64,000 nucleotides of DNA. Origin: an uncultured delta proteobacterium. Lineage in GTDB: Bacteria; Desulfobacterota; WTBG01; CAIYCZ01. Below the pieces are notes generated by a model. It saw only the letters and a program-made list of their open reading frames with translations. It was not told the DNA's origin and did no database searches. Position numbers and translations under genes: made by a program. Of the stretch, positions 29,810 through 39,473 are shown in pieces (position 1 is the first letter of the stretch; every line of letters starts with the position of its first letter). The stretch spans positions 186,385 to 250,384 of the forward strand of contig CAWDOY010000047.1 of NCBI GenBank assembly GCA_963803975.1. Direction: 5' to 3'.

Positions 29810-32276
29810 ATGAGGTCTGATGTGCAGACCAAAGAAGAAATTGAGTTATTAATTACAGGTTTAGAAAAAGATTTACATGAGCTTAATGAAAAGCGAGAGC
29901 AAATCCAGAAACGTATTACCGAATTAAAACATCAGAGACAACTTCTCATCAACCAGATCCCTTCGGATCCAACCTCACAAGCAGATCAACCTTCAGTAAC
30001 AAACCACTCTTCAGAAAGCGAAAAAATAACTCTTTTCCGATCACTGTTCAGGGGAAGGGAAGATGTATTTGCCAGAAGGTTTGAAAGCGCAAAGACCGGC
30101 AAGAGCGGTTATCAGCCCTGTTGCCGGAACGAATGGATTCAAGGGAATATGCCAGAAACCAGCGGTCAAATGCACTGACTGTAGTAATCGTGATTTTATC
30201 CCAGTAACTGACGAGGTAATAAAGTGTCATTTACTCGGTATTGATTCACAGAAAAAAGCTGCCCGTGATTTTACCATAGGCATGTATCCCTTGCTGGCGG
30301 ACGAAACATGCTGGTTTCTTGTTATTGACTTTGACAATGAATCCTGGATGGATGATGTGGCTGCTTTCATAGAGACATGTCAGTCCTATAATGTTCCTAC
30401 TGCGCTTGAGCGATCACGTTCTGGCCATGGTGGGCATGTGTGGATATTTTTTTCTGAGCCGATTAAGGCAGGTTTGGCTCGAAAACTGGGAACATTTTTT
30501 GTTACCGAAACCATGGAACGGCGCCCGGAGGTCGGGCTTGATTCGTATGATCGCTTCTTTCCCAGTCAGGATACCATGCCACAGGGAGGATTGGGGAATC
30601 TTATTGCACTTCCGCTTCAGAAAAAGCCAAGAGAAAAGGGTAATACCCTGTTTATTGATAAAAATTTTAATCCCTATGATGACCAATGGGCATTTTTAGC
30701 ATCTATTGAACGCATGGCTTTTGAAAAAGTAAAAGCAATCGTTGATGCTGCCATATATCGTGGAGATATAGTTGGGGTTAGAACAGTTGCTACCGAAGAA
30801 GATGAAACCCTGCCATGGCAAGAACCTCCTTCAAGGCAAGTAAAAGAAACTCATATCAGCGGTCCCCTGCCCGAAAGAATTCAACTGGTACTGGGTAACC
30901 AGATATACATTGAAAAAAATGTACTCCCTCCTGCATTAAGAAACAGACTTATTCGTCTCGCAGCTTTTCAGAATCCTGAGTTTTACCGGGCACAGGCGAT
31001 GCGTCAGCCAACTTATGGCAAACCACGCATCATGCACTGCTGTGAAGATTTCCCCAAATATATAGGGCTGCCACGAGGCTGCCTTGAAGAGATCCAGGAA
31101 CTACTCCTCGCGCACAATATTGAAACACAACTCGTTGATGAACGGTTTTCAGGAATACCAATAGATTGCCAGTTTATAGGTATGCTCAGGCCGGATCAGG
31201 AAATGGCAGCAGAGGCAATGCTTAATCATGATACCGGAGTCCTTTCAGCTACTACCGCATTTGGTAAAACGGTAATTGCAATATCCCTTTTAGCACAGCG
31301 TGGTGTAAACACACTAATCCTGGTACACCGCAGGCAGCTGCTTGATCAATGGGTCGCGCGTCTGAAACAGTTTTTAGACATCGATCCGAAACAGATTGGC
31401 CAAATTGGAAGCGGAAAACACAAACCCACAAAAATAATCGATATTGCCATTATACAGAGTTTGAGCAAAAAAGGAGTTGTTGATGATATTGTTGGTGAGT
31501 ACGGCCACCTTGTTGTAGACGAATGTCACCATATCACAGCGCGGAGTTTTGAGATTGTTGCCCGGCAGTGCAAAGCGAAATACGTAACAGGTCTCAGCGC
31601 AACGGTTATCCGAAAAGATGGTCACCACCCTATTATATTTATGAACTGCGGGCCGGTCAGATACAAAGTTGATCCGCGCAAACAGGCAGCCTCCAGACCG
31701 TTTACACATAAGGTGATCACGAGGAAAACAAGTTTTGTGCTTCCACCATCGATTGATACTAATAAAAATACTGTCATTCATGAAATCTATTCTGCATTAG
31801 TTACTGACGAAGAACGCAACAGCATGATCCTTGGGGATGTTTTACAAACGCTGCAGGAAAAGCGATTTCCGCTGCTGCTGACTGAACGAAGGGAACATCT
31901 TGATAAATTCGCTGAGCTATTATCTACTCTTATAACCAACGTATTTGTATTCAAGGGTGGTATGGGACAAAAGCAAAGAGAGGCACTTATTAATAAATTG
32001 CATAGTACACCAGATGATGAAGAAAAAATAATAATAGCAACGGGCCGTTATCTTGGTGAAGGTTTTGATGAAGCCCGATTGGATACGTTGTTTCTAACAT
32101 TGCCTGTATCATGGAAAGGAATACTCGCACAATACGCGGGCCGTCTCCATCGTTTTCATGACATGAAAAAAGAGGTGATCATATATGATTATGTAGACCC
32201 TAATGTACCAATGCTTGCTAAAATGTATGGCAGGCGATTAAGTGGCTACCGGGCTATTGGATATGAAGTTGAATAA
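29810..32276 (+). CDS. AEP primase domain (TOTE-conflict type) fused to a ResIII-like SF2 helicase (indel near 30145)
   Basis: LFRGREDVFA, Cys cluster, IGMYPLL, IDFD, ERSRSGHGGHVWIFF, DRFFPSQD, GNLIALPLQ; helicase ATTAFGKT, VDECHH, SAT, QYAGRLHR. Confidence 0.88.
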
Positions 32277-32484
32277 TTTTCCTGTAAAAGTCCGCTCGCA
32301 TTTCTAATGAAAAGTGTGAGTAAACTCAAATTTTTTGCGGCAGTTTTGTGGCAGTACCAGGAGAAAATAGTGGTTGATAGTGGACTATGTGGTTGATAAT
32401 GAAACGTTCTATTAGTCTGTAATAACAGAGGAAAATGGAAAAACGGTGGACTATCAATTAATTACGATTTTGCCCTGGAAAATC

Positions 32485-32529
32485 CTACGAATCCGAAGGT
32501 CGGAGGTTCGAATCCTCTCGGGCGCGCCA
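32485..32529 (+). repeat. attR: duplicated 3' half of tRNA-Arg
   Basis: CTACGAATCCGAAGGTCGGAGGTTCGAATCCTCTCGGGCGCGCCA, identical to 28067-28111. Confidence 0.95.
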
Positions 32530-32539
32530 GAAAAATCAG

Positions 32540-32576
32540 GCACTTAGCAATTTATCAGCTAAGTGCTTTTTCTTTT
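32540..32576 (+). terminator. Terminator after attR
   Basis: GCACTTAGC/GCTAAGTGC stem followed by TTTTTCTTTT. Confidence 0.8.
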
Positions 32577-32671
32577 GTGCTACCCTGTTGATACCCTTTC
32601 CCCAATAAAAATGGCCCCCAGCATAAAGCCAGGAATTTACAACATAGGACCTTCCCTAACCTATTCTCATT

Positions 32672-32686
32672 TGGCCAAAAACTTGC
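32672..32686 (+). promoter_or_regulatory. Possible sigma-54 promoter for the PilZ gene
   Basis: TGGCCAAAAACTTGC, GG-N10-GC. Confidence 0.4.
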
Positions 32687-32908
32687 CACGATTGCAATTG
32701 ACGCATCTCACCATAGGTGAGATACTACTTACCAACTAAACAGAGGGTATGCATGTTTCACAGCCCAGTGAAGTCGGTGCTGAGGTGGATATATGGGGCG
32801 GGAAAATAAATTCTCTTTCAGCTTGTGCGTGCTGATGAGGGCTTTTTATTAATGTTAAATCACTTTCAAGGTGGTGCTTTTATGAAGATAACTCGAGGGG
32901 AGGTCGTT

Positions 32909-33601
32909 ATGGATGATAAAAGAAGATGCTACCGTTTCCCCGTTCAGGGAAAAGCCAGTTATTGTAAAGACAATCCTCCTGACACCAACGGGCTATTCAT
33001 AACAAACTTCAACAGGGAGGGGATGGGAATTGGCATACCCTATCGGTATAACCTGAGGACTGGCAATGAACTTGATTTGACCATGACCATCAGCCCCTTG
33101 ACAACACCTATGATTGTCACAGGAACGGTCATGTGGACTAAGCAATCAGACTGCTATCGAGATTATGCTCTTTTAGGCGGGATAAAATTCAAGAGGATAG
33201 ACACAGAGCAGAAATGGGAATTACTTGATTATGTGTATGACAAGTGGAGTAAACAGGCTCATCGAGTCAGCAGCAATGTAGCACCATCCTCAGAAGAACA
33301 GACTTTGCAGCAGAGGCCGACAGAAGACACGACAGTTTATAATAATACTGGTCTTGATAGATACTCGATAGTAGAGAGTGTTTCAAAAGTTCTGGATACA
33401 ATTGCCATCACGGTCAATGACGAAAAGTGGTCTCGGTTGGACAGGCTCCAGAAGCATACCCTTGCAAATACAATTTACCGTACTCTTAACTCAAGTATAA
33501 AGGCAGACCATGCGTATATCGAGAACAAGGAAGGAAAGAGGCTTGCCTGGCTTCTGCAGGGAGATACAGGAAGTAAATATATGGCGGTAGCAGGAGGATA
33601 A
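32909..33601 (+). CDS. PilZ-domain protein with an unknown C-terminal domain
   Basis: RxxxR (RRCYR), NFNREG variant of (D/N)xSxxG, GTVMW, GIKF; GGAGG RBS before ATG 32909. Confidence 0.8.
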   Translation: MDDKRRCYRFPVQGKASYCKDNPPDTNGLFITNFNREGMGIGIPYRYNLRTGNELDLTMTISPLTTPMIVTGTVMWTKQSDCYRDYALLGGIKFKRIDTEQKWELLDYVYDKWSKQAHRVSSNVAPSSEEQTLQQRPTEDTTVYNNTGLDRYSIVESVSKVLDTIAITVNDEKWSRLDRLQKHTLANTIYRTLNSSIKADHAYIENKEGKRLAWLLQGDTGSKYMAVAGG

Positions 33602-34034
33602 TATAGCTTAGAGTTAAAGTTGTCAGCGCCCTATTTTCTTTTCTGTTTAAGAACAGTAGATTTGCTGACAATAAAAGGCAGGGGCTATAACACCGCTTCT
33701 GCCTTTTCTTTTTGCACATTGCCCGCTTCATTTCATTAGGTCATACTCTGTGTTTTTGCTTTTTTAGATGGTGCCCGCTCCCCCGACCACCCGCCCCCTT
33801 TTTCGACAACAGAACAACGGAGAGGTACTACCCCATCTCAGCACACATTTTGCATGCTATACAGGGTATGCCCAACATTCTGGGTGAGAGTGCAGAGGGT
33901 GTATTAACCCCAAGGAGAGTATGTGGACAAGGCAGAGGTAAAATAAACGGTAAGGCTCTTAATGATTAAAGAAAAATGTGTTAAAAATCGATATAGTACA
34001 TTGTGTTTTTCATAATCAAACTAATAATCCTGCT

Positions 34035-34763
34035 ATGAAAAAGAAGAGATATTTAAAAGCCGATCTTCACCTGCACACCTGCGACGGAGTAATTGAGAAG
34101 GATATCCCTTACAATGCCTTTGAACTCATCGATATGGGAATGAAAAATGGGTACGAGGTTCTTTCCATAACCAACCATGACTCGGTTACCTTTAGCAGTT
34201 ATTTGAGGGATTATGCGCGGGAAAGAGGTATTGTACTGATACCGGGCATAGAATTGACACTCAAGCGGAAACACGTTTTAATTTATAATGTTGTGGAAAA
34301 ACTTCACTGGATTAAAAATTTCAGTGATCTTGAGCAGCTTAGAGATAAAAATAATTTTTTAATGGCACCTCATCCTTTTTATCCATGCTACAAATCACTC
34401 GGCAGGCACCTCAAAGCATGGATTCATGTGTTTGATGCTATAGAGCTGTCACATTTTTACACGTCAGCATTTGACTTCAATCAAAGTGCCATACAGTGCG
34501 CTCAGCAATTCGGACTACCCCTCGTGGGAACTTCTGACAGCCACACGCTGCATCAGATGAATCATACCTACACCCTCATTGATGCTGAAAAAGACCCTGA
34601 GGCAATATTTAAAGCTATAAAAGATGGCAAAATCAAAGTGATCACCACTCCGCTCACCCTCACTCACACGGGAAAAATTCTCTTTGATCTGATCATGAAA
34701 AACCACCTGTCAAAGCTGGCGGCAGCGTCTTTATATATGACCTCATTTCTCCCTCGCTTTTAA
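34035..34763 (+). CDS. PHP-domain metal-dependent phosphoesterase
   Basis: DLHLHT, ITNHD, IPGIE, HVL, PHPF, SDSH metal ligands. Confidence 0.9.
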   Translation: MKKKRYLKADLHLHTCDGVIEKDIPYNAFELIDMGMKNGYEVLSITNHDSVTFSSYLRDYARERGIVLIPGIELTLKRKHVLIYNVVEKLHWIKNFSDLEQLRDKNNFLMAPHPFYPCYKSLGRHLKAWIHVFDAIELSHFYTSAFDFNQSAIQCAQQFGLPLVGTSDSHTLHQMNHTYTLIDAEKDPEAIFKAIKDGKIKVITTPLTLTHTGKILFDLIMKNHLSKLAAASLYMTSFLPRF

Positions 34764-34871
34764 GGGGTAAAATGGAGACAGATTTATTTTCTGCTTGATT
34801 TAGAAGGCGGGAAATAATTTCTATCGTGATATTTGTAAACAGCATTATTCACCGCAGTACTGATACGCTGC

Positions 34872-35585
34872 TCAGAGTTCTTCCGGCAATTCAAAATCTG
34901 CCCAGATGTGAAAAGTGCCATTCGGCACAGGAAACTGCATAGGCGTGCCAGGCTGGCCGGCATTTTTCCCAATGGTCAATGTTACATTGGTGAAGTATAT
35001 GGATTTATAGTCAAGCTCCACCGTAATATCAAAGGTGCTGCCATCCAGAGGGTTTTCGATGGTTTCATGGATGGTGTTATCCACGGAGTTTTTAGTTCCT
35101 AACCAGTGGCCGCTGAATAATGGCTCCAGGTTAATGTTCACATCATATTGCGTTGTGAGGCGGGTGAGCAATGCTGATATCTCAATCTTGTGGTCTCCTG
35201 TGGGAATGAATTGGCGCTCAAACAGGCTGTAATAGAGGCCATAGTCTCCAAAGGGAACGGGCAAATCCTTCTCAACTGCGGGAATGCCAAACGCGGGGGC
35301 GCTTGCTTTTGCATGGATCTTTATCATTCCGGTGTCTGCCTGGACTTCAAGCACTGAAAGCTCGATGGTCGCCAGCCCCAGAACCGGGATCACCAGCGGC
35401 TGGCTGCCGGGGGTGAGCGTGGTCTGTTTTTTTCCGATGATCCAGAGATCATAATTCACATACAGCCCGGCGTCATCAGCCCTTATCTCCGCACTTATTT
35501 TTGCATCAGCAGGAGCGGTGAAGGCAAGACAAAGCACTATTGCAATGAAAGTATTTGCCACACTGGTAGTTATTAAACGTCGCAT
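34872..35585 (-). CDS. Hypothetical exported beta-rich protein
   Basis: GAGGAGG RBS; signal peptide ending ADA; no family recognised. Confidence 0.75.
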   Translation of the reverse strand: MRRLITTSVANTFIAIVLCLAFTAPADAKISAEIRADDAGLYVNYDLWIIGKKQTTLTPGSQPLVIPVLGLATIELSVLEVQADTGMIKIHAKASAPAFGIPAVEKDLPVPFGDYGLYYSLFERQFIPTGDHKIEISALLTRLTTQYDVNINLEPLFSGHWLGTKNSVDNTIHETIENPLDGSTFDITVELDYKSIYFTNVTLTIGKNAGQPGTPMQFPVPNGTFHIWADFELPEEL

Positions 35586-35700
35586 ACGTACCTCCTCATT
35601 TTATTATCTTTCTTGTTCCCTGAATAATCTTTTTTTGGGGGGGTGTCAACACTGAGATTTATACACCGTGCAAAATACATTCCATGGAGGTATTGTATTT

Positions 35701-35792
35701 GCCCGGCAAACCTGCTGCCATATACAGTAAAACAAGGACTTAGGCCAGTGGCTTTGCGTCCCATCTTTTCAGATGGACTGCCTTTATCAGAC
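35701..35792 (-). ncRNA. c-di-GMP-I (GEMM) riboswitch
   Basis: Minus strand AAAGGCAGTCCATCT-GAAA-AGATGGGACGCAAAGCCACTGGCCTAAG...TATGGCAGCAGGTTTGCCG: GAAA tetraloop, GACGCAAAGC junction, CCTAAG/TATGG receptor. Confidence 0.9.
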
Positions 35793-36165
35793 ATTACTTA
35801 TGTCGGCAGCCATATGGTGATACAAAGAAACTGCTCAAAGCATAAGCAATAAAAGTAATAATTTTCCTCAATTCGGCACTAAGGTATTTCTCTGCTTAGA
35901 TTTTTTGTATAATAATTAATAATCATGTGCATATAAATAAATAACTACTTTCAAAATTATTTGGGCAGTTGGATCCTTATTAACAGAACGCTTTATTCTG
36001 AAACACACACCCATGCGAGACATACAATAAATGTATCGGCCCTGCATGTTGAAGATTGACAGGATTTTTTATGAAAAGATTGTGCTGTTGATAAACGGAG
36101 CTGTGCGGACTTTTAAGGAAGCGGAAAATGGACAAATATGATAGTATGCTCTAATATGAGGCAAT

Positions 36166-36249
36166 AAATAAAAACGCCCGGCAGGCTCAAACCGGGCAAC
36201 CGTTTGATGATTTTATTTGTGGGGGATACGGCCCCCAACCGGAGCCTTA
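36166..36249 (-). ncRNA. Candidate structured small RNA or attenuator
   Basis: AGGCTC/GAGCCT pairing, GGGGG/CCCCC hairpin, GCCCGG/CCGGGC stem plus TTTTT; sigma-28-like TAAC-N15-ACCGATAA at 36282-36256. Confidence 0.45.
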
Positions 36250-36401
36250 ATATATTTATCGGTAATTTGTTTGCATGGGTTAATATTTTTTGAAATGATA
36301 ATAGTCTTACTTTTCTAATTACAGGAATTGCTTATGGTCAATCTAATGAAGAAGAGCTTAAAAAGAGTTTCATTCAGACAATACAGAAAGGGAAATAACT
36401 T

Positions 36402-36587
36402 ATGAAGAACATTGAAATGACAGTCGAGGGGAATATTCTTACGATCAAAGTAGATTTGACAAAAGAATTCGGGCCCTCTTCCTCCGGAAAAACAATCATC
36501 ATAGCATCTACCGAAGGTAATATACCAATTCCAGGTCATGAAGAGGGGAAGGTCGGGCTGAACGTCTATAAGAAAAAAGTGGGGTGA
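36402..36587 (+). CDS. Small conserved hypothetical protein (61 aa)
   Basis: LTIKVDL.KEFGPSSSGKTIIIASTEGN...VGLNVY, a small family I recognise but cannot assign a function. Confidence 0.85.
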   Translation: MKNIEMTVEGNILTIKVDLTKEFGPSSSGKTIIIASTEGNIPIPGHEEGKVGLNVYKKKVG

Positions 36588-36634
36588 GAGTTAAAATTTA
36601 ATCTTTTCCATAGCCCTCACTTATTTTTAAAATT

Positions 36635-36666
36635 ATAACTCCTCAACTCTTGTACTCCCTAACTCC
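36635..36666. repeat. Octamer tandem repeat (YAACTCYY)
   Basis: TAACTCCT CAACTCTT GTACTCCC TAACTCC. Confidence 0.65.
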
Positions 36667-38929
36667 TTTCCCTGATGGCCTTTAAGACCCGCTCCGGTGT
36701 AATCGGCAGTTCCTTTATCGGCACTCCGATGGCATTGCTCACCGCGTTGGCTATTGCCTGGGAGGTGCACTGGATCGGCCCCTGCCCCACTTCCTTCGCG
36801 CCGAAGGGGCCGTAGGGGTCGCTGGTTTCGACGATGATGCGTTCGATCTCCGGCACTTCAAAAGGCCGGGGAAGCTTGTAATCAAGCAGCGACGGGTTGA
36901 GCACCTGGCCGCCTTCCATGACGCACTCTTCAAACAGCGTCTGCCCCATGCCGCTGAAAACCTGGCCGTCAAGCTGGCCTTCCACGCCCAGGACATTTAT
37001 GGCGCGCCCCACATCGTGGGCAACGGTCATCCTGAGAAGCTTTACCATGCCGGTCTCAGGGTCAACCTCCACCTCTGCTATCTGGGCGCCGAATGAATAA
37101 GCAAGGGCCGTGTTCGCCTCGTATTTGGACATATCAGACTGCCCGCTGGGCGGATTATAGAACCCCCTGCCCATCACATACCTGCCTTCATCGGAATGGA
37201 GCGTTGCGTAGACAATGTCTTCAAATGATACTGCCTTTTCAGGACTCCCCTTTGGATAGACCTTCCGGTCCTGGAAAATAATGGCCGCGGGTTTAACGCC
37301 AAATTTTTCCGCAGCAGTTTTTGCCAGCTGCCGCTTTGCGTCAAGAGCTGCGTTTATCGTGGCATTACCGGTGGTAAAGGTGCCCCGCTGGGATATTGCC
37401 CCGACATCATAGGGCGTGACGTCAGTATCGCCGGCAACCACCTTTATGTCTTCAATGCGTATCCCCAGCGTCTCTGCCGCGATAATGGCCATGGTCGTGT
37501 GCGAGCCCTGGCCCATGTCGGGAAGGCCGGTAAAAAGCGCTGCCTTGCCGTCTTCCTCCAGCTTGATAAACACCGACGAGTTGTCATGATCATACATTCC
37601 CTTGCCGCCCGAGCGCAGCATCCCGCAGCCGATACCGATGCCCCGGTAGGGCGGGAGCTTGCCGTGTTTTTTCTTCCAGCCCGCCTTGCGCGCTGCCTTT
37701 GTGATGCACTCCTTCAGGCCGCAGCTCGCATACGTAAACTTTGCCGGGGTTATATATCCTTTCTCAACCGCGTTTTTAAGTCTGAACTCAACCGGGTCAA
37801 TGCCCAGCTCCCCGGCGATGAGGTTGAGCTGCGAATCAATGGCAAAACGCATCGCCACCAGCCCCGCGCCATGATGGAAAAAATAGGGAGGATTGTTGGT
37901 GTAAATAAGTTTGCCTGAGTAGCGCGAGGCGTTCATCTTGTAGAGCGCCTGCATGTTGGAGCCCACAAAGCGCAGCAGGATAAACTGGGTCTCCATGTAG
38001 GCGCCGCAGTCATGCAGGAGATCCGCGTCCATGACCATCAGGGTGCCGTCTTTTTTTACCCCGGTGCGCAGCTTGAATTTATATTTGCCGCCGCCGCGGT
38101 ACACCAGAAATTCCTCATCCGCGGTGCACATTATTTTTACCGGCCTGCCTGCTTTCCGTGAAAGCAGTGCCGCGATATAATGGTGGGGCTTGTCCGCTCC
38201 GCGTCCGCAGAATGCTCCGCCGGTATGCAGGTTCACTATTCGCACGCTGCTGTCCGTGAGGCTAAGGTTGCGGGCCATGGAGCTTTTAATAATGGCCGAG
38301 CTCTGTATGGGCGTCCAGATGGTGAGGCGGTCGGGCAGGGAAAAATCAGCCAGCACTATGTGATGCTCGGAAAAAGCGCTGTGGGTCGGCTGAACCGTGA
38401 ACTCATCCTCCCGTATATAATCAGATTCGGCAAACGCCTGGTCAGGCTCGCCGAAGCTCATGGAGATTTCGTCTGCGATGTTGTCGGTCATGAAATCATG
38501 GAGCGCCGGCGCTCCCGCTGCCATTGCCTCTTCCATGGACAAGAGGGGCGGCAACGGATCGTAATCAACCGTTATCAGCTCTGCCGCCTCAAGGGCCGTG
38601 TCTTCATCAACCGCGGCCACCGCCGCAACCTCGTCACCGAAAAAGTGCACCATGTTTTCGCAGAGCAGAAACTTGTCTGACCCTGACATGAGGCCGCTGG
38701 TATCTTTATATGTTATGACAGCCCTGACTCCCGGCAGTTTTTCAGCCTTTGAGGTATCAATATGTAAGATCTTTCCTGACGCGATCGGGCTGCGCACAAT
38801 CTTTCCCTGGAGCATTCCCGGCAGAACCACATCATCGGTGAATTCAGCCCGACCCGAGGCTTTCAGTGCGCCGTCAAGCCTCGGCTGCCTTGTTCCTACG
38901 ACCGTGTAGTGCCCGGTTTTTTTCGCCAT
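36659..38929 (-). CDS. Xanthine dehydrogenase-family Mo-binding large subunit (HcrA-like), copy 1
   Basis: KASGRAEFTDD, GGAFCGR, DMGQG, AHDVGRAIN, GQLDG, GPFGAKEVGQGP. Confidence 0.93.
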   Translation of the reverse strand: MAKKTGHYTVVGTRQPRLDGALKASGRAEFTDDVVLPGMLQGKIVRSPIASGKILHIDTSKAEKLPGVRAVITYKDTSGLMSGSDKFLLCENMVHFFGDEVAAVAAVDEDTALEAAELITVDYDPLPPLLSMEEAMAAGAPALHDFMTDNIADEISMSFGEPDQAFAESDYIREDEFTVQPTHSAFSEHHIVLADFSLPDRLTIWTPIQSSAIIKSSMARNLSLTDSSVRIVNLHTGGAFCGRGADKPHHYIAALLSRKAGRPVKIMCTADEEFLVYRGGGKYKFKLRTGVKKDGTLMVMDADLLHDCGAYMETQFILLRFVGSNMQALYKMNASRYSGKLIYTNNPPYFFHHGAGLVAMRFAIDSQLNLIAGELGIDPVEFRLKNAVEKGYITPAKFTYASCGLKECITKAARKAGWKKKHGKLPPYRGIGIGCGMLRSGGKGMYDHDNSSVFIKLEEDGKAALFTGLPDMGQGSHTTMAIIAAETLGIRIEDIKVVAGDTDVTPYDVGAISQRGTFTTGNATINAALDAKRQLAKTAAEKFGVKPAAIIFQDRKVYPKGSPEKAVSFEDIVYATLHSDEGRYVMGRGFYNPPSGQSDMSKYEANTALAYSFGAQIAEVEVDPETGMVKLLRMTVAHDVGRAINVLGVEGQLDGQVFSGMGQTLFEECVMEGGQVLNPSLLDYKLPRPFEVPEIERIIVETSDPYGPFGAKEVGQGPIQCTSQAIANAVSNAIGVPIKELPITPERVLKAIRERS

Positions 38930-38953
38930 GGTCTTCTTCTCCCCTTTTTTTAA

Positions 38954-39010
38954 AGTTGTGGAGTTGATTTTCTTTACTCCTCAACTCCCAACTCCTTAAC
39001 TCTTTAACTC
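38954..39010. repeat. Octamer tandem repeat (YAACTCYY)
   Basis: TTACTCCT CAACTCCC AACTCCT TAACTCTT TAACTC, preceded by inverted GGAGTTG. Confidence 0.7.
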
Positions 39011-39473
39011 ACTTCGGCTGTGATGCTTTTTTCACCGCTTCCATAATCTTTATGTGCCCGGTGCAGCGGCAGAATGTTCCGGCCAGAGCTTCCTTGATTT
39101 CATCATCATTGGGCTGCGGTTTTTCATCCAGCAGCGCCTTTGAGGTCATGACAATACCGGGCGTGCAGAACCCGCACTGGACAGCCCCGTTTTCAATGAA
39201 GGACTTTTGAATCGGGTGCAGCGATTCGGGGCTGCTGATGCCCTCAATGGTGGTGATCGATTTTCCCGCGCACTCCAGGGCCAGGGTCAGGCAGGATAAA
39301 ATCGCCCTGCCGTCAATTATAACCGTGCACACGCCGCACGTGCCGTTGCCGCATCCCCGCTTGGTGCCCATAAGCCCGAGATCATCCCGCAGCACATCAA
39401 GAAGCGTTCTCCAGGGAGACACTGCCACTTCATAGGTATCATTATTTACCGTAAGGGATAGTATCTGTTTCAT
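39009..39473 (-). CDS. 2x[2Fe-2S] small subunit (HcrC/CoxS-like)
   Basis: GTKRGCGNGTCGVCTV, SCL, QCGFCTPG, CRCTG. Confidence 0.95.
   Translation of the reverse strand: MKQILSLTVNNDTYEVAVSPWRTLLDVLRDDLGLMGTKRGCGNGTCGVCTVIIDGRAILSCLTLALECAGKSITTIEGISSPESLHPIQKSFIENGAVQCGFCTPGIVMTSKALLDEKPQPNDDEIKEALAGTFCRCTGHIKIMEAVKKASQPK

Larger units (their letters stand above)
28067..32529. mobile_element. tRNA-Arg-anchored genomic islet (attL 28067-28111, attR 32485-32529), no integrase
   Basis: Exact 45-bp direct repeat of the tRNA 3' half starting at the anticodon loop; the interior is AT-richer than the flanks. Confidence 0.88.

Noticed and set aside
30130..30160. Split of the primase-helicase into two genes (29810..30178 and 30063..32276)
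   Set aside because: Removing one G from the GGG run joins NEWIQG to ICQKP and restores the continuous Cys cluster; treated as an indel error.
32367..32400. 10-bp-phased GTGG repeats resembling MraZ boxes
   Set aside because: They are not upstream of any gene and lie in the duplicated att arm; recombination accessory sites explain them better.
33770..33850. C-rich tract resembling phage terminus-region sequence
   Set aside because: No terminase or other phage gene is nearby; the resemblance is impressionistic.
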